Below, piece after piece: positions 30,764 to 37,963 of a stretch of DNA of 64,000 bases. Location: the IMG/VR virus record IMGVR_UViG_3300050821_008386, positions 67,761 through 131,760 of that record; one strand, 5' to 3'. The DNA comes from a virus. A program made the translations under genes and the position numbers. The notes beneath the pieces were generated by a model, which saw only the letters and a program-made list of their open reading frames with translations, did no database searches and was not told where the DNA came from. Every line of letters starts with the position of its first letter. Positions within the stretch are counted from its first letter, which is position 1.

Positions 30764-31279
30764 CTAATGCACCGTAGTTGAAGTGACATTCGAGAGAGCG
30801 CTCTCGGTGCCGCTAGAGTTGTAAGAGGTTATCCCAAAATAGAATGTGGTCCCCAGACTTAACCCGGTCACTTCAATCGAGGTGATGGTGGCCCCGACAA
30901 TCGTCAAAGGCGAACCGGGAATAGGTGCCGACATCCCGCTCACTAACGCCGCAGGATTGGTGGTGTAATAGAGATGGTACCCTATAACGCTAGGGTCAGT
31001 ATCCTGATTCCACGCGAGACTGACGTCACCCATGGGCAACGGGGTCGGTGTCGCAGTCGGACTGGGCGTGGGTGTTGGTGTCGGCTTAGGAGTCGGGGTT
31101 GGAGTGGGTTTAGGCGTTGCTGTAGGCGTTGCACTCGGAGTCGGCGTGGGCGTCGGATGATGCCTCGGAGTCGGTGTCGGTGTCGGTCTGCGAAACCGCA
31201 ATTCTGGTTCGCTGAATGCCTGGAGTGTGATCGCCATTAGTACGAGTCCTTGTAAGATAGTCACACTAAAACTGTCCAA
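30764..31279 (-). CDS. Exported protein with Pro-Thr linker and FN3 domain
   Basis: Hydrophobic N-terminus, (PT)n tract, VSLAW..GYHLYY..VTGL..FYFGITSYN..ES. Confidence 0.8.
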   Translation of the reverse strand: MDSFSVTILQGLVLMAITLQAFSEPELRFRRPTPTPTPRHHPTPTPTPSATPTATPKPTPTPTPKPTPTPTPSPTATPTPLPMGDVSLAWNQDTDPSVIGYHLYYTTNPAALVSGMSAPIPGSPLTIVGATITSIEVTGLSLGTTFYFGITSYNSSGTESALSNVTSTTVH

Positions 31280-31896
31280 TGATGCGGACTCTGTGTCGAA
31301 TCGAGCACGTGATTAAACGGTGTTCGAGCGTACTGGTGCAGATACAATCGGCCAGTCGGTTCCAGAGAACTCACCAACTCTTTCATGCTCGAGGGTATTA
31401 CATGGATTTCCTGCGCGTTCTCGATCTGCGCTTGGCATTCCAGCATTGAATCCCATGACGCGCGCGGCCGGACCACAAGACAGTTGGTGTCTAACCGGGT
31501 GATTGGCCGTTCGATATCGTCATGGACAAATATGTACGGTTGATCGGGCACGCCTTCCTGAATCACGTCGTCGCAGGCGTCTCTGATCGCGGTCGATTCC
31601 CATCGAATCTCGATCGGCAAATGCATCTGGCGATAGAACCAGCGATCCAGCGACTCTTTCCCGTTAGGTTCGCCGCCGGCGTGCCCAGTCACGATGCCTT
31701 TACCCATCGAGCGCATATCCGCTTCGTTGTTAGCCGGATAAACTGTCACGTTCGGATAACTCGCGAAGATCGATTCGAATGTTGGCACATCCCGAGGTAA
31801 CGCCGGGAACTCGATCTCGTCATCTTTCGCGAAGAGCAACGCTGCCGGGACCAAGATTAATCCGTCACCCAACCCGAGGTTACGGATTAAATTCAA
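31261..31896 (-). CDS. Putative glycosyltransferase, paralog of 21915..22586
   Basis: LGLGDG, YIFVHDD, NAQEIHVIPSS, LHQYAR. Confidence 0.6.
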   Translation of the reverse strand: MNLIRNLGLGDGLILVPAALLFAKDDEIEFPALPRDVPTFESIFASYPNVTVYPANNEADMRSMGKGIVTGHAGGEPNGKESLDRWFYRQMHLPIEIRWESTAIRDACDDVIQEGVPDQPYIFVHDDIERPITRLDTNCLVVRPRASWDSMLECQAQIENAQEIHVIPSSMKELVSSLEPTGRLYLHQYARTPFNHVLDSTQSPHHWTVLV

Positions 31897-32087
31897 GGTT
31901 TCCTCCCAGTTGCCGCCAGCGTAACCACGTTCTCCACTGCGTCAGAAGCGCTTTGCCACGCGTTCTTCTCCATCTGCGGCAAATCATCCCAGACTTTGAA
32001 CGGATGCGGCATAACCTCCACTGAACGCGTTGATCGCCTGATAAAACCTGTGTACGTCTCGTACGCTATTTGACCTTTTGATTTCAC
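31893..32087 (-). CDS. Small phage protein (GQxAYE..W.DL..AW family)
   Basis: KGQIAYETY..WDDLP..NAWQSA; tandem paralog at 32111..32287. Confidence 0.65.
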   Translation of the reverse strand: MKSKGQIAYETYTGFIRRSTRSVEVMPHPFKVWDDLPQMEKNAWQSASDAVENVVTLAATGRKP

Positions 32088-32110
32088 AATTGTTAAGGTT
32101 CACTGTTTTC

Positions 32111-32287
32111 CTAGTCTGGCGCACGAAGCATCCTAGTTAGTATCGCGCACTCCACCGCTCGGGCCGCGCATTCCCACGCCGACCATAGACTGACATCCAG
32201 ATCTGCCCATTCCGGCAACGTGGCTTTATCCTCTTCTGCGTAACTGCGGAATGCTTCGTACGCTGTTTGTCCGATTGGTTTATCCAC
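32111..32287 (-). CDS. Small phage protein (58 aa, not in ORF track), paralog of 31893..32087
   Basis: Hand translation from GTG: MDKPIGQTAYEAFRSY..LPEWADLDVSLWSAWECAARAV.. Confidence 0.7.
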   Translation of the reverse strand: MDKPIGQTAYEAFRSYAEEDKATLPEWADLDVSLWSAWECAARAVECAILTRMLRAPD

Positions 32288-32543
32288 GTAAGAACGCCTC
32301 GATATCTACCGGAACACCCAAAGTCCGCGCCATCCAGTCTTCGCCAGCAATCGCGCATTCGTACGCACAGAACTGCAGTTTCTCCGGGGTATCGTGAATA
32401 TGCGGCAACCGATATTGATTGATCGTCCCGGTGTAACCCTTGTCGCGTTCTCCTGTGAAATTGTTGGGCGTATTGTTCCCGCGCCAGCGCACCGTGTACT
32501 CTTTGCCTTTAACCGTCAGAACCAACCGATTGTCGTTATTCAT
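32280..32543 (-). CDS. Hypothetical protein
   Basis: In-operon ORF with ATGA overlap. Confidence 0.5.
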   Translation of the reverse strand: MNNDNRLVLTVKGKEYTVRWRGNNTPNNFTGERDKGYTGTINQYRLPHIHDTPEKLQFCAYECAIAGEDWMARTLGVPVDIEAFLRG

Positions 32544-33265
32544 GCCAGTATTCGTTGAACTTCTCTTAAATCTTCACCTTTTGTCGGGTCCATGCATCCG
32601 CTGAATATGCGGATCGGCGCTGCTGGACATTCTTTTGCCGGAACTAACTGATATGAATTACGTTCTTTACTCCAGATATGTGTTCCGACCACATTCCCGA
32701 ATGACCAATATTCCGGGCAGTAATTGCGCATGATGACTGCCATCGGACGTTTGGACCGCTCTTCTATTATTTCACGTGTCCGCCGGACACTGTGCCGATA
32801 AAACACTAGCGGTTCGCGTGCGGTATAATCGTAGACTGAATCGACGTCGAGCAGATCGTCTGCGGTATCTTTGCGGTTCACTACGCAGCTTGGGTCGGCA
32901 CCGGGCCGCGCCACCGCTTCTGCGTAGCTTTCGACTGCCAGAATCGGTTTGCGCGTCGAATCAGTGAACGTGGCAATCGAACAGGGCCTCGTGAACATCC
33001 CGCGGACATCCATGCATAAGACCATGGGCGCTGAGAGATAACAGTCGATGGTCATCCGCACATACGCGTGTTGCGCGACAGGCTTGAGGACCACGGTGCA
33101 TTTGAGTTCGTACACCACGCTTGGCAACTCGTTCCGACATTCAGGTGGCACCACGATGATGGGTGCGTACGCGCCTTCCCAGAAGCGTTTGATACTTCGA
33201 AGGGAGCAGTTTAACCAGGGTAAATCCCGCGATCCAGCGCAAACCAAGATCTCCGCATCGAGCAT
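32540..33265 (-). CDS. Divergent DUF6492-like GT-A paralog lacking DxD
   Basis: RDLPWLNCSLRSIKRFW matches 27030..27836, but the DSD position reads DVR. Confidence 0.6.
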   Translation of the reverse strand: MLDAEILVCAGSRDLPWLNCSLRSIKRFWEGAYAPIIVVPPECRNELPSVVYELKCTVVLKPVAQHAYVRMTIDCYLSAPMVLCMDVRGMFTRPCSIATFTDSTRKPILAVESYAEAVARPGADPSCVVNRKDTADDLLDVDSVYDYTAREPLVFYRHSVRRTREIIEERSKRPMAVIMRNYCPEYWSFGNVVGTHIWSKERNSYQLVPAKECPAAPIRIFSGCMDPTKGEDLREVQRILA

Positions 33266-33286
33266 TTCGGTACTCTAATTTCTATC

Positions 33287-34777
33287 TCATGACTGAGCGT
33301 TCATCGTGTTCACAACTCCGTTGTGAATCGATTGGGATGGGGTGTATGCGTATCTGCCGATATGAGCTGCGAACAGCTCAGTATCCAAATACAGCTTGAA
33401 CCCGGCTTTCCGGGCAAGCATCGAAAGTTTAACATCTTCGCCCTCGTTGGCTGTAGGCGTGAAGAACGGATAGGGCTCCCCTGCCATCTTCGGCGTGAGC
33501 TCAGGGAACTTCTTGCGAATCGTTTCGAAGACCACCCGGTGAACGAGGCAATAGCCTGCGCTCAGCCATTCGACTTCGAGTAATCCTTTCGCTTGATTGC
33601 GCCTGATCTCGTCGCTCTTCTGGATATCCGACTTGTTCCGAGGATGCAGATCAGGCTGGGTGACGAGCGGGCCTTCCCGGCGCCGGGTCGCGTAAACGCC
33701 GCCAACAAACGGTTTGTTATGGCTCAAGAACCGTTTAATGAAATCGTAACTAGCGGTTGTGCTGGACACTGATGAATCCCTGACGATTGCTCGCCACCAC
33801 ATCTCGTTACCAATTGTCGGCAGAACGTCTGCATCCAACCAAAGCGACCAAGTTGCCTTTCCCTTTAGGAACATATCGGCAATTAAATTGCGCGACCGAA
33901 TAATAATCGTGTCAGTCAACATCTTCTGACCCAACCCGTACTTGGCCGCCGCAGTCGTGAACACCCAGTGAACAACCGGCGGAATATCGCCTTTAACCGC
34001 TAAACACAGATCGATCGGCAACTCTTCTTTTGTGTGGTCACGACTGAAACTGCCTTCCAGCGTGTCTTCCATGAAGACGCGTTCAGCCACATCGAGATAT
34101 TGCTTTTGCGCTGGGGGACTCTTGTCCAGAACCGCTTGAACAGCGGACAGCGGCGGTTCTCGATCTTTCATCCAGGATTCGATTGTGGCCTCGGTCTTGC
34201 CGAAAAATTCCGCGGCTTTCGTTACTCCATACTTCTTGATGAACGTTCGAGGTAACGCCGCCAACTGGACCGTGGACGGTACATGCGCGCCTTTAGATAG
34301 AGGAGCAGTCTGGAGGGATGGCGGATCGTCGATCACCGGCGCAGCGTACGCGTCCGGTTCATCGGTGGCGGCGTCGATGATCGCTTCCTGCACTTCACCT
34401 AACTTGTCCCAATTAGGTTTCATCTTCTCGTCCATCTCTTCCGCCGATAGTACACGACTCATCCGGGGGACAATCCGTTGCGGCGCAGTCATCTCGGTCG
34501 GGCGCGCCAATTGATGGTCTGGCAACGCTTCCGGTAACGCTTCTGCTTCAGCCTTGGTGCCCAACCGTTCAGCTAACGTTGAGCCAGGTCCCATCTTGTG
34601 AAACGTTTTGCGCTGGATCGGTTTACCGACAGCAATGGCCGCCGGCATCATAGGTTCGCCCGTAGCCGGGTCGAACGCTGCCGGAGGGATATCAGTGGTC
34701 CCTGTGCTGACAACGCCCAGTGATGGATCAATCTGGATCGAGGCTGGATTGAGAAAGTTTGCGCCGGGTTCTGCCAT
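33287..34777 (-). CDS. Low-complexity N-terminus + HTH-like segment + GT-A (GT2-like) domain
   Basis: KAAEFFGKTEATIESW; RSRNLIA..SLWLDADV..GGVY..SAGYCLVHRVVFE..GEDV..HIG. Confidence 0.68.
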   Translation of the reverse strand: MAEPGANFLNPASIQIDPSLGVVSTGTTDIPPAAFDPATGEPMMPAAIAVGKPIQRKTFHKMGPGSTLAERLGTKAEAEALPEALPDHQLARPTEMTAPQRIVPRMSRVLSAEEMDEKMKPNWDKLGEVQEAIIDAATDEPDAYAAPVIDDPPSLQTAPLSKGAHVPSTVQLAALPRTFIKKYGVTKAAEFFGKTEATIESWMKDREPPLSAVQAVLDKSPPAQKQYLDVAERVFMEDTLEGSFSRDHTKEELPIDLCLAVKGDIPPVVHWVFTTAAAKYGLGQKMLTDTIIIRSRNLIADMFLKGKATWSLWLDADVLPTIGNEMWWRAIVRDSSVSSTTASYDFIKRFLSHNKPFVGGVYATRRREGPLVTQPDLHPRNKSDIQKSDEIRRNQAKGLLEVEWLSAGYCLVHRVVFETIRKKFPELTPKMAGEPYPFFTPTANEGEDVKLSMLARKAGFKLYLDTELFAAHIGRYAYTPSQSIHNGVVNTMNAQS

Positions 34778-34781
34778 TGAT

Positions 34782-36254
34782 TTAGCCTTGTGGCAGATCT
34801 TCGAAAGCCTTATCCAGACCGCGGCGACCGCTCATTTCTGATAACTTTTTCTTTTGCGGTTCTGGTTTGCCGCCGATCCCTGCACCGTTGCGTAACGGCG
34901 CGTCGGATACTTTGCGTTTGGTGGCGACTTCGTCACGGAGCTTTTTGATTTCAGATTCCAGCGTTTTGATATGGGTTTCTTTCTCAGTGACCGTCTTCTC
35001 TAATTCCGGCAACCGCGTCCGCATCTCGATGAAATCCAGGGCGTACCGGGCGGCCGTGCGCGGGCCTTTATTGAATTCGCCAATAACATTCGAAAACTGG
35101 CGTTCGAGTTCAGCAAATCTCTGATTGTGCTGATTGATCTCAGCGATCTTTGCCGGATCAGTCACGCCTTTAGTTTCCAGCGGCAACAGAGGTTTCAGAT
35201 GCGCTTTATCGCTAGAAATCGCTTTCTCGACCTCGTCTCTGATCTGGAACGCGTAATCGTTACTGAACTGGGCGTTGCGCTCGTTCTGCCATTTCTGGTA
35301 GGCGTTAGGATCTTTGCCATATGTCTCAACAGCTTTATCGTGTTTCTCCTGTACCCGGAGCAGATCCGCGACTTTCGAGAGAACTTTCTGGCGAACAGCG
35401 TTATCCGCTTTGGTCATCGCGCCGATGACATTGTCACTCCACCATTTGCTATCTACATCTTGTGGTTTGTAGTTCGTGGTCATCGTCTCCAGGAACTTGT
35501 CCACTTGCTCTTTGGGCGCGTCGAAATATTTGCTGGCTTCCTGCAGGACATCCACATACGCCTCCTGCATCGGCTTGAGGTAAGTGTCCTGATATTCTTT
35601 GGACTGTTTGTAATCAACCGCACGCGCCAGTCCGCGCAGAGTGTCTAGCTCTTTAGTGACTTCGGGCGAAAGCGCGTTAGTCTTCCACCCCTTAACTTTA
35701 GGCGCCAGATCGTCGAGGGTCGCAGCGATATCCTCGGGCGTATCCTGATAATTGTATCCAAGATCTCTCAGGAGCGGCCCGAGTTTATCGTATGCTTGCG
35801 CTTTAGCTTTGAACCCTTTGGCGATCGCTTTGACCTTCGCGAATTGCCCCTTCTGCTCTTCACTGGCCGAAGGCTGAAGCTCGAGCGAATCTATGTCGCC
35901 TGGAACGGCACCCACTGAGGCTGGGGCCGCTGGGCTAACCGGCGATTCTTTGGCCGTTTCCTTCTGTTCTGTTGGCGCAGTTGATTCCTCTGGAGCGGCA
36001 GACTCTTTGTCGGTTTCATTATTAACCGGTTCGGGTCTAGGCTCTTCTTTGGATTCCCTGACTGGTTCAGGACTGGGTTCAGTTGCAGCTTTTTCGTCCT
36101 GTTCCTTGAAAAAGGATGCAAACGTATCATCCAGTTCTCGCCTCTGCTTAGGCGTGGTGATCGTCTTGTCTAGCTGCGGATTAACGTAGTCGGGTTGTCC
36201 AGAGGGATGAACTAGAGGATCGTCCATTGAGGTGGAAGACCGTACCGCTGACAA
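34782..36254 (-). CDS. Probable capsid scaffolding protein (ATG start probably 36227)
   Basis: Acidic Pro-rich N-terminus followed by long coiled coil; same strand as and upstream of the capsid gene. Confidence 0.5.
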   Translation of the reverse strand: MSAVRSSTSMDDPLVHPSGQPDYVNPQLDKTITTPKQRRELDDTFASFFKEQDEKAATEPSPEPVRESKEEPRPEPVNNETDKESAAPEESTAPTEQKETAKESPVSPAAPASVGAVPGDIDSLELQPSASEEQKGQFAKVKAIAKGFKAKAQAYDKLGPLLRDLGYNYQDTPEDIAATLDDLAPKVKGWKTNALSPEVTKELDTLRGLARAVDYKQSKEYQDTYLKPMQEAYVDVLQEASKYFDAPKEQVDKFLETMTTNYKPQDVDSKWWSDNVIGAMTKADNAVRQKVLSKVADLLRVQEKHDKAVETYGKDPNAYQKWQNERNAQFSNDYAFQIRDEVEKAISSDKAHLKPLLPLETKGVTDPAKIAEINQHNQRFAELERQFSNVIGEFNKGPRTAARYALDFIEMRTRLPELEKTVTEKETHIKTLESEIKKLRDEVATKRKVSDAPLRNGAGIGGKPEPQKKKLSEMSGRRGLDKAFEDLPQG

Positions 36255-36281
36255 GCGTGCGATTGCAAACTAATTCGGCGT

Positions 36282-36533
36282 TCAATCTCGCACTGGATCT
36301 ATCGGCATCACGCCGAAATGGTCATCTACACGGACTGGTTGAACTAACCTGACCAAATATTTGATCGCATCACGCCATCCTTTACCCTCGCGCAATGAGA
36401 TGTCGTACAGGCGATCGCTCTTGGCATCTTTGAGCGTCATCTCCTCAAATCCGTTGCGCCCTTCTTCCAGCCAAACCTTGGCAGCTTCTGAGGCTAGAAA
36501 TGCTCTAACCTGCGATTTGTCATTCTCTGTCAT
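36282..36533 (-). CDS. Hypothetical phage protein
   Basis: 83 aa, upstream of the scaffold-like gene. Confidence 0.55.
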   Translation of the reverse strand: MTENDKSQVRAFLASEAAKVWLEEGRNGFEEMTLKDAKSDRLYDISLREGKGWRDAIKYLVRLVQPVRVDDHFGVMPIDPVRD

Positions 36534-36589
36534 TTGAGCACGTTACGACCGAACCAATTGGCGCAGAAACAAAAAAGGGGTTGGTATAT

Positions 36590-36811
36590 TCACCTTTTTA
36601 GAGTCCGAATGCCTGATGCGATCTTCATCAATTCATTGGCCGCGACGAGAATCGCCATGTTGATATCGCCTTTCCGGTCTAAGTCAAACTCTAAAATCTG
36701 CCGACTTTCGATATGGCAAACGCGAATACGCCCCTTGATGAAATCTACGCCGTACCTGAAGTCAGGATAAAGGCATTCAAGCAAATCGGGACGAAGATAG
36801 GTCAATGCCAT
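36590..36811 (-). CDS. Hypothetical protein
   Basis: ATG ORF in the operon direction. Confidence 0.45.
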   Translation of the reverse strand: MALTYLRPDLLECLYPDFRYGVDFIKGRIRVCHIESRQILEFDLDRKGDINMAILVAANELMKIASGIRTLKR

Positions 36812-36846
36812 TATTTGGACTCCCTCATTCGATAGGTGCTCATATT

Positions 36847-37173
36847 TTATCTCCCGATGGCAAAGAAGTCAGGTAAGGTGACGTGAAGTTGGATGAGGTG
36901 ACCTTCCCGGCTATGCGCGAGGTACTGAAACACTCCTGCACCGTCATTGTCTTCGTGCTTCATCGAGTGAATGCCGAGTTCAGGCAATGTGGCAATCAGG
37001 CGTTTGGCTACTTCAGTAGCGAGGGCAGCGTTCTTGAACCCTTCGTTATCGTGGTCTTCGTCGTATAACGTTTCGTCGAGTTCATATTGCCAAGTGAAAT
37101 CAGCGATTGGATCAACCGGGCTGAAAGCGGCGTCCAGATCGTAGGCGGTGGCGTAAATCTTGTGGGTGCTCAT
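36847..37173 (-). CDS. Hypothetical acidic protein
   Basis: ATG ORF immediately downstream of a sigma70-like promoter. Confidence 0.55.
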   Translation of the reverse strand: MSTHKIYATAYDLDAAFSPVDPIADFTWQYELDETLYDEDHDNEGFKNAALATEVAKRLIATLPELGIHSMKHEDNDGAGVFQYLAHSREGHLIQLHVTLPDFFAIGR

Positions 37174-37179
37174 GTCTCC

Positions 37180-37208
37180 AACCTATACCCGCTCGTTATT
37201 TTAGTCAA
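37180..37208 (-). promoter_or_regulatory. sigma70-like promoter (possibly leaderless transcript)
   Basis: TTGACT-17-TAGGTT, with ATG 6 nt after the -10 box. Confidence 0.55.
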
Positions 37209-37261
37209 GCGACCAAATAAAGAAATCTCATTTTATTTTTAAATTCATCGGAAAAACTTTC

Positions 37262-37309
37262 TTGACTTGCATTGCAAAACGGAGGACAACCCCATGCAAG
37301 CGTATGCAT
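37262..37309 (+). promoter_or_regulatory. T4SS operon promoter with palindromic operator
   Basis: TTGACT-17-GACAAC, then ATGCA-AGCGTA-TGCAT (37294-37309) over the probable start codon. Confidence 0.55.
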
Positions 37310-37585
37310 TACATAATTCTCAATAATATCCTTGGCTTGCTTGCAGCGACGATGGATGTCGATACGGCTATTGGAAAGCTACTCGGCCTCATCGTCAAGT
37401 TCGGTTGGGTGGGCGGCGTGGGGCTGATGGTGCTCGGCGGCGTCTCAGCGTGGAGAGAGCATAATCTGACTGCGATTTCCGGTATTCTGATCGCTATTGG
37501 TGTCGCCTGTTGCGGTCCTTCGATTGTCGGCACGTTGATGGCGGCAATGAGCGGATTGAACGCGCAGCTTAACCCCACAGATTAA
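37304..37585 (+). CDS. VirB2/TrbC-like pilin
   Basis: ~93 aa, leader plus two hydrophobic helices, first gene before VirB3/VirB4. Confidence 0.68.
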   Translation: MHYIILNNILGLLAATMDVDTAIGKLLGLIVKFGWVGGVGLMVLGGVSAWREHNLTAISGILIAIGVACCGPSIVGTLMAAMSGLNAQLNPTD

Positions 37586-37588
37586 AAA

Positions 37589-37963
37589 ATGGCGGATACT
37601 CCCCCGCAGTTACAGATGATCCGCAACGACAACGCGGATGAGGTTCGGCCCGGTTGGGGCGTATTCGCAGGCCGATGGTCGATTGTTCCCTTTATCGCAG
37701 GGGCATGTTTCATCAGCCTGATGAACATCTCAGCGTTCATGGGACTGGATCTGGTCAGTTCACTCATCTTTGCGCTCTCCCCGGCAACCTTGATGACGGT
37801 GGCTGTCATTGTTTTCGTAAACCAGAAACCGCCGGGATACCCCTTGGAACTGGCTCAGATGTTCTGGTTCCGAGGGCACGAATGGCTCTACATCCATGGG
37901 TACACAGACGAGCCGCCTCAGATCTGGTATTCAGGTAAACCAGTGAGGCACCCGAGGTCATGA
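37589..37963 (+). CDS. VirB3-like inner-membrane protein
   Basis: Two TM segments then KPPGY; ATGA overlap with virB4. Confidence 0.62.
   Translation: MADTPPQLQMIRNDNADEVRPGWGVFAGRWSIVPFIAGACFISLMNISAFMGLDLVSSLIFALSPATLMTVAVIVFVNQKPPGYPLELAQMFWFRGHEWLYIHGYTDEPPQIWYSGKPVRHPRS

Noticed and set aside
32117-32263. 15-bp closing stem with a 6S-RNA-like rod on the minus strand
   Set aside because: The region is a 58-aa CDS (32111..32287) clearly paralogous to its neighbour, so the pairing is probably incidental.
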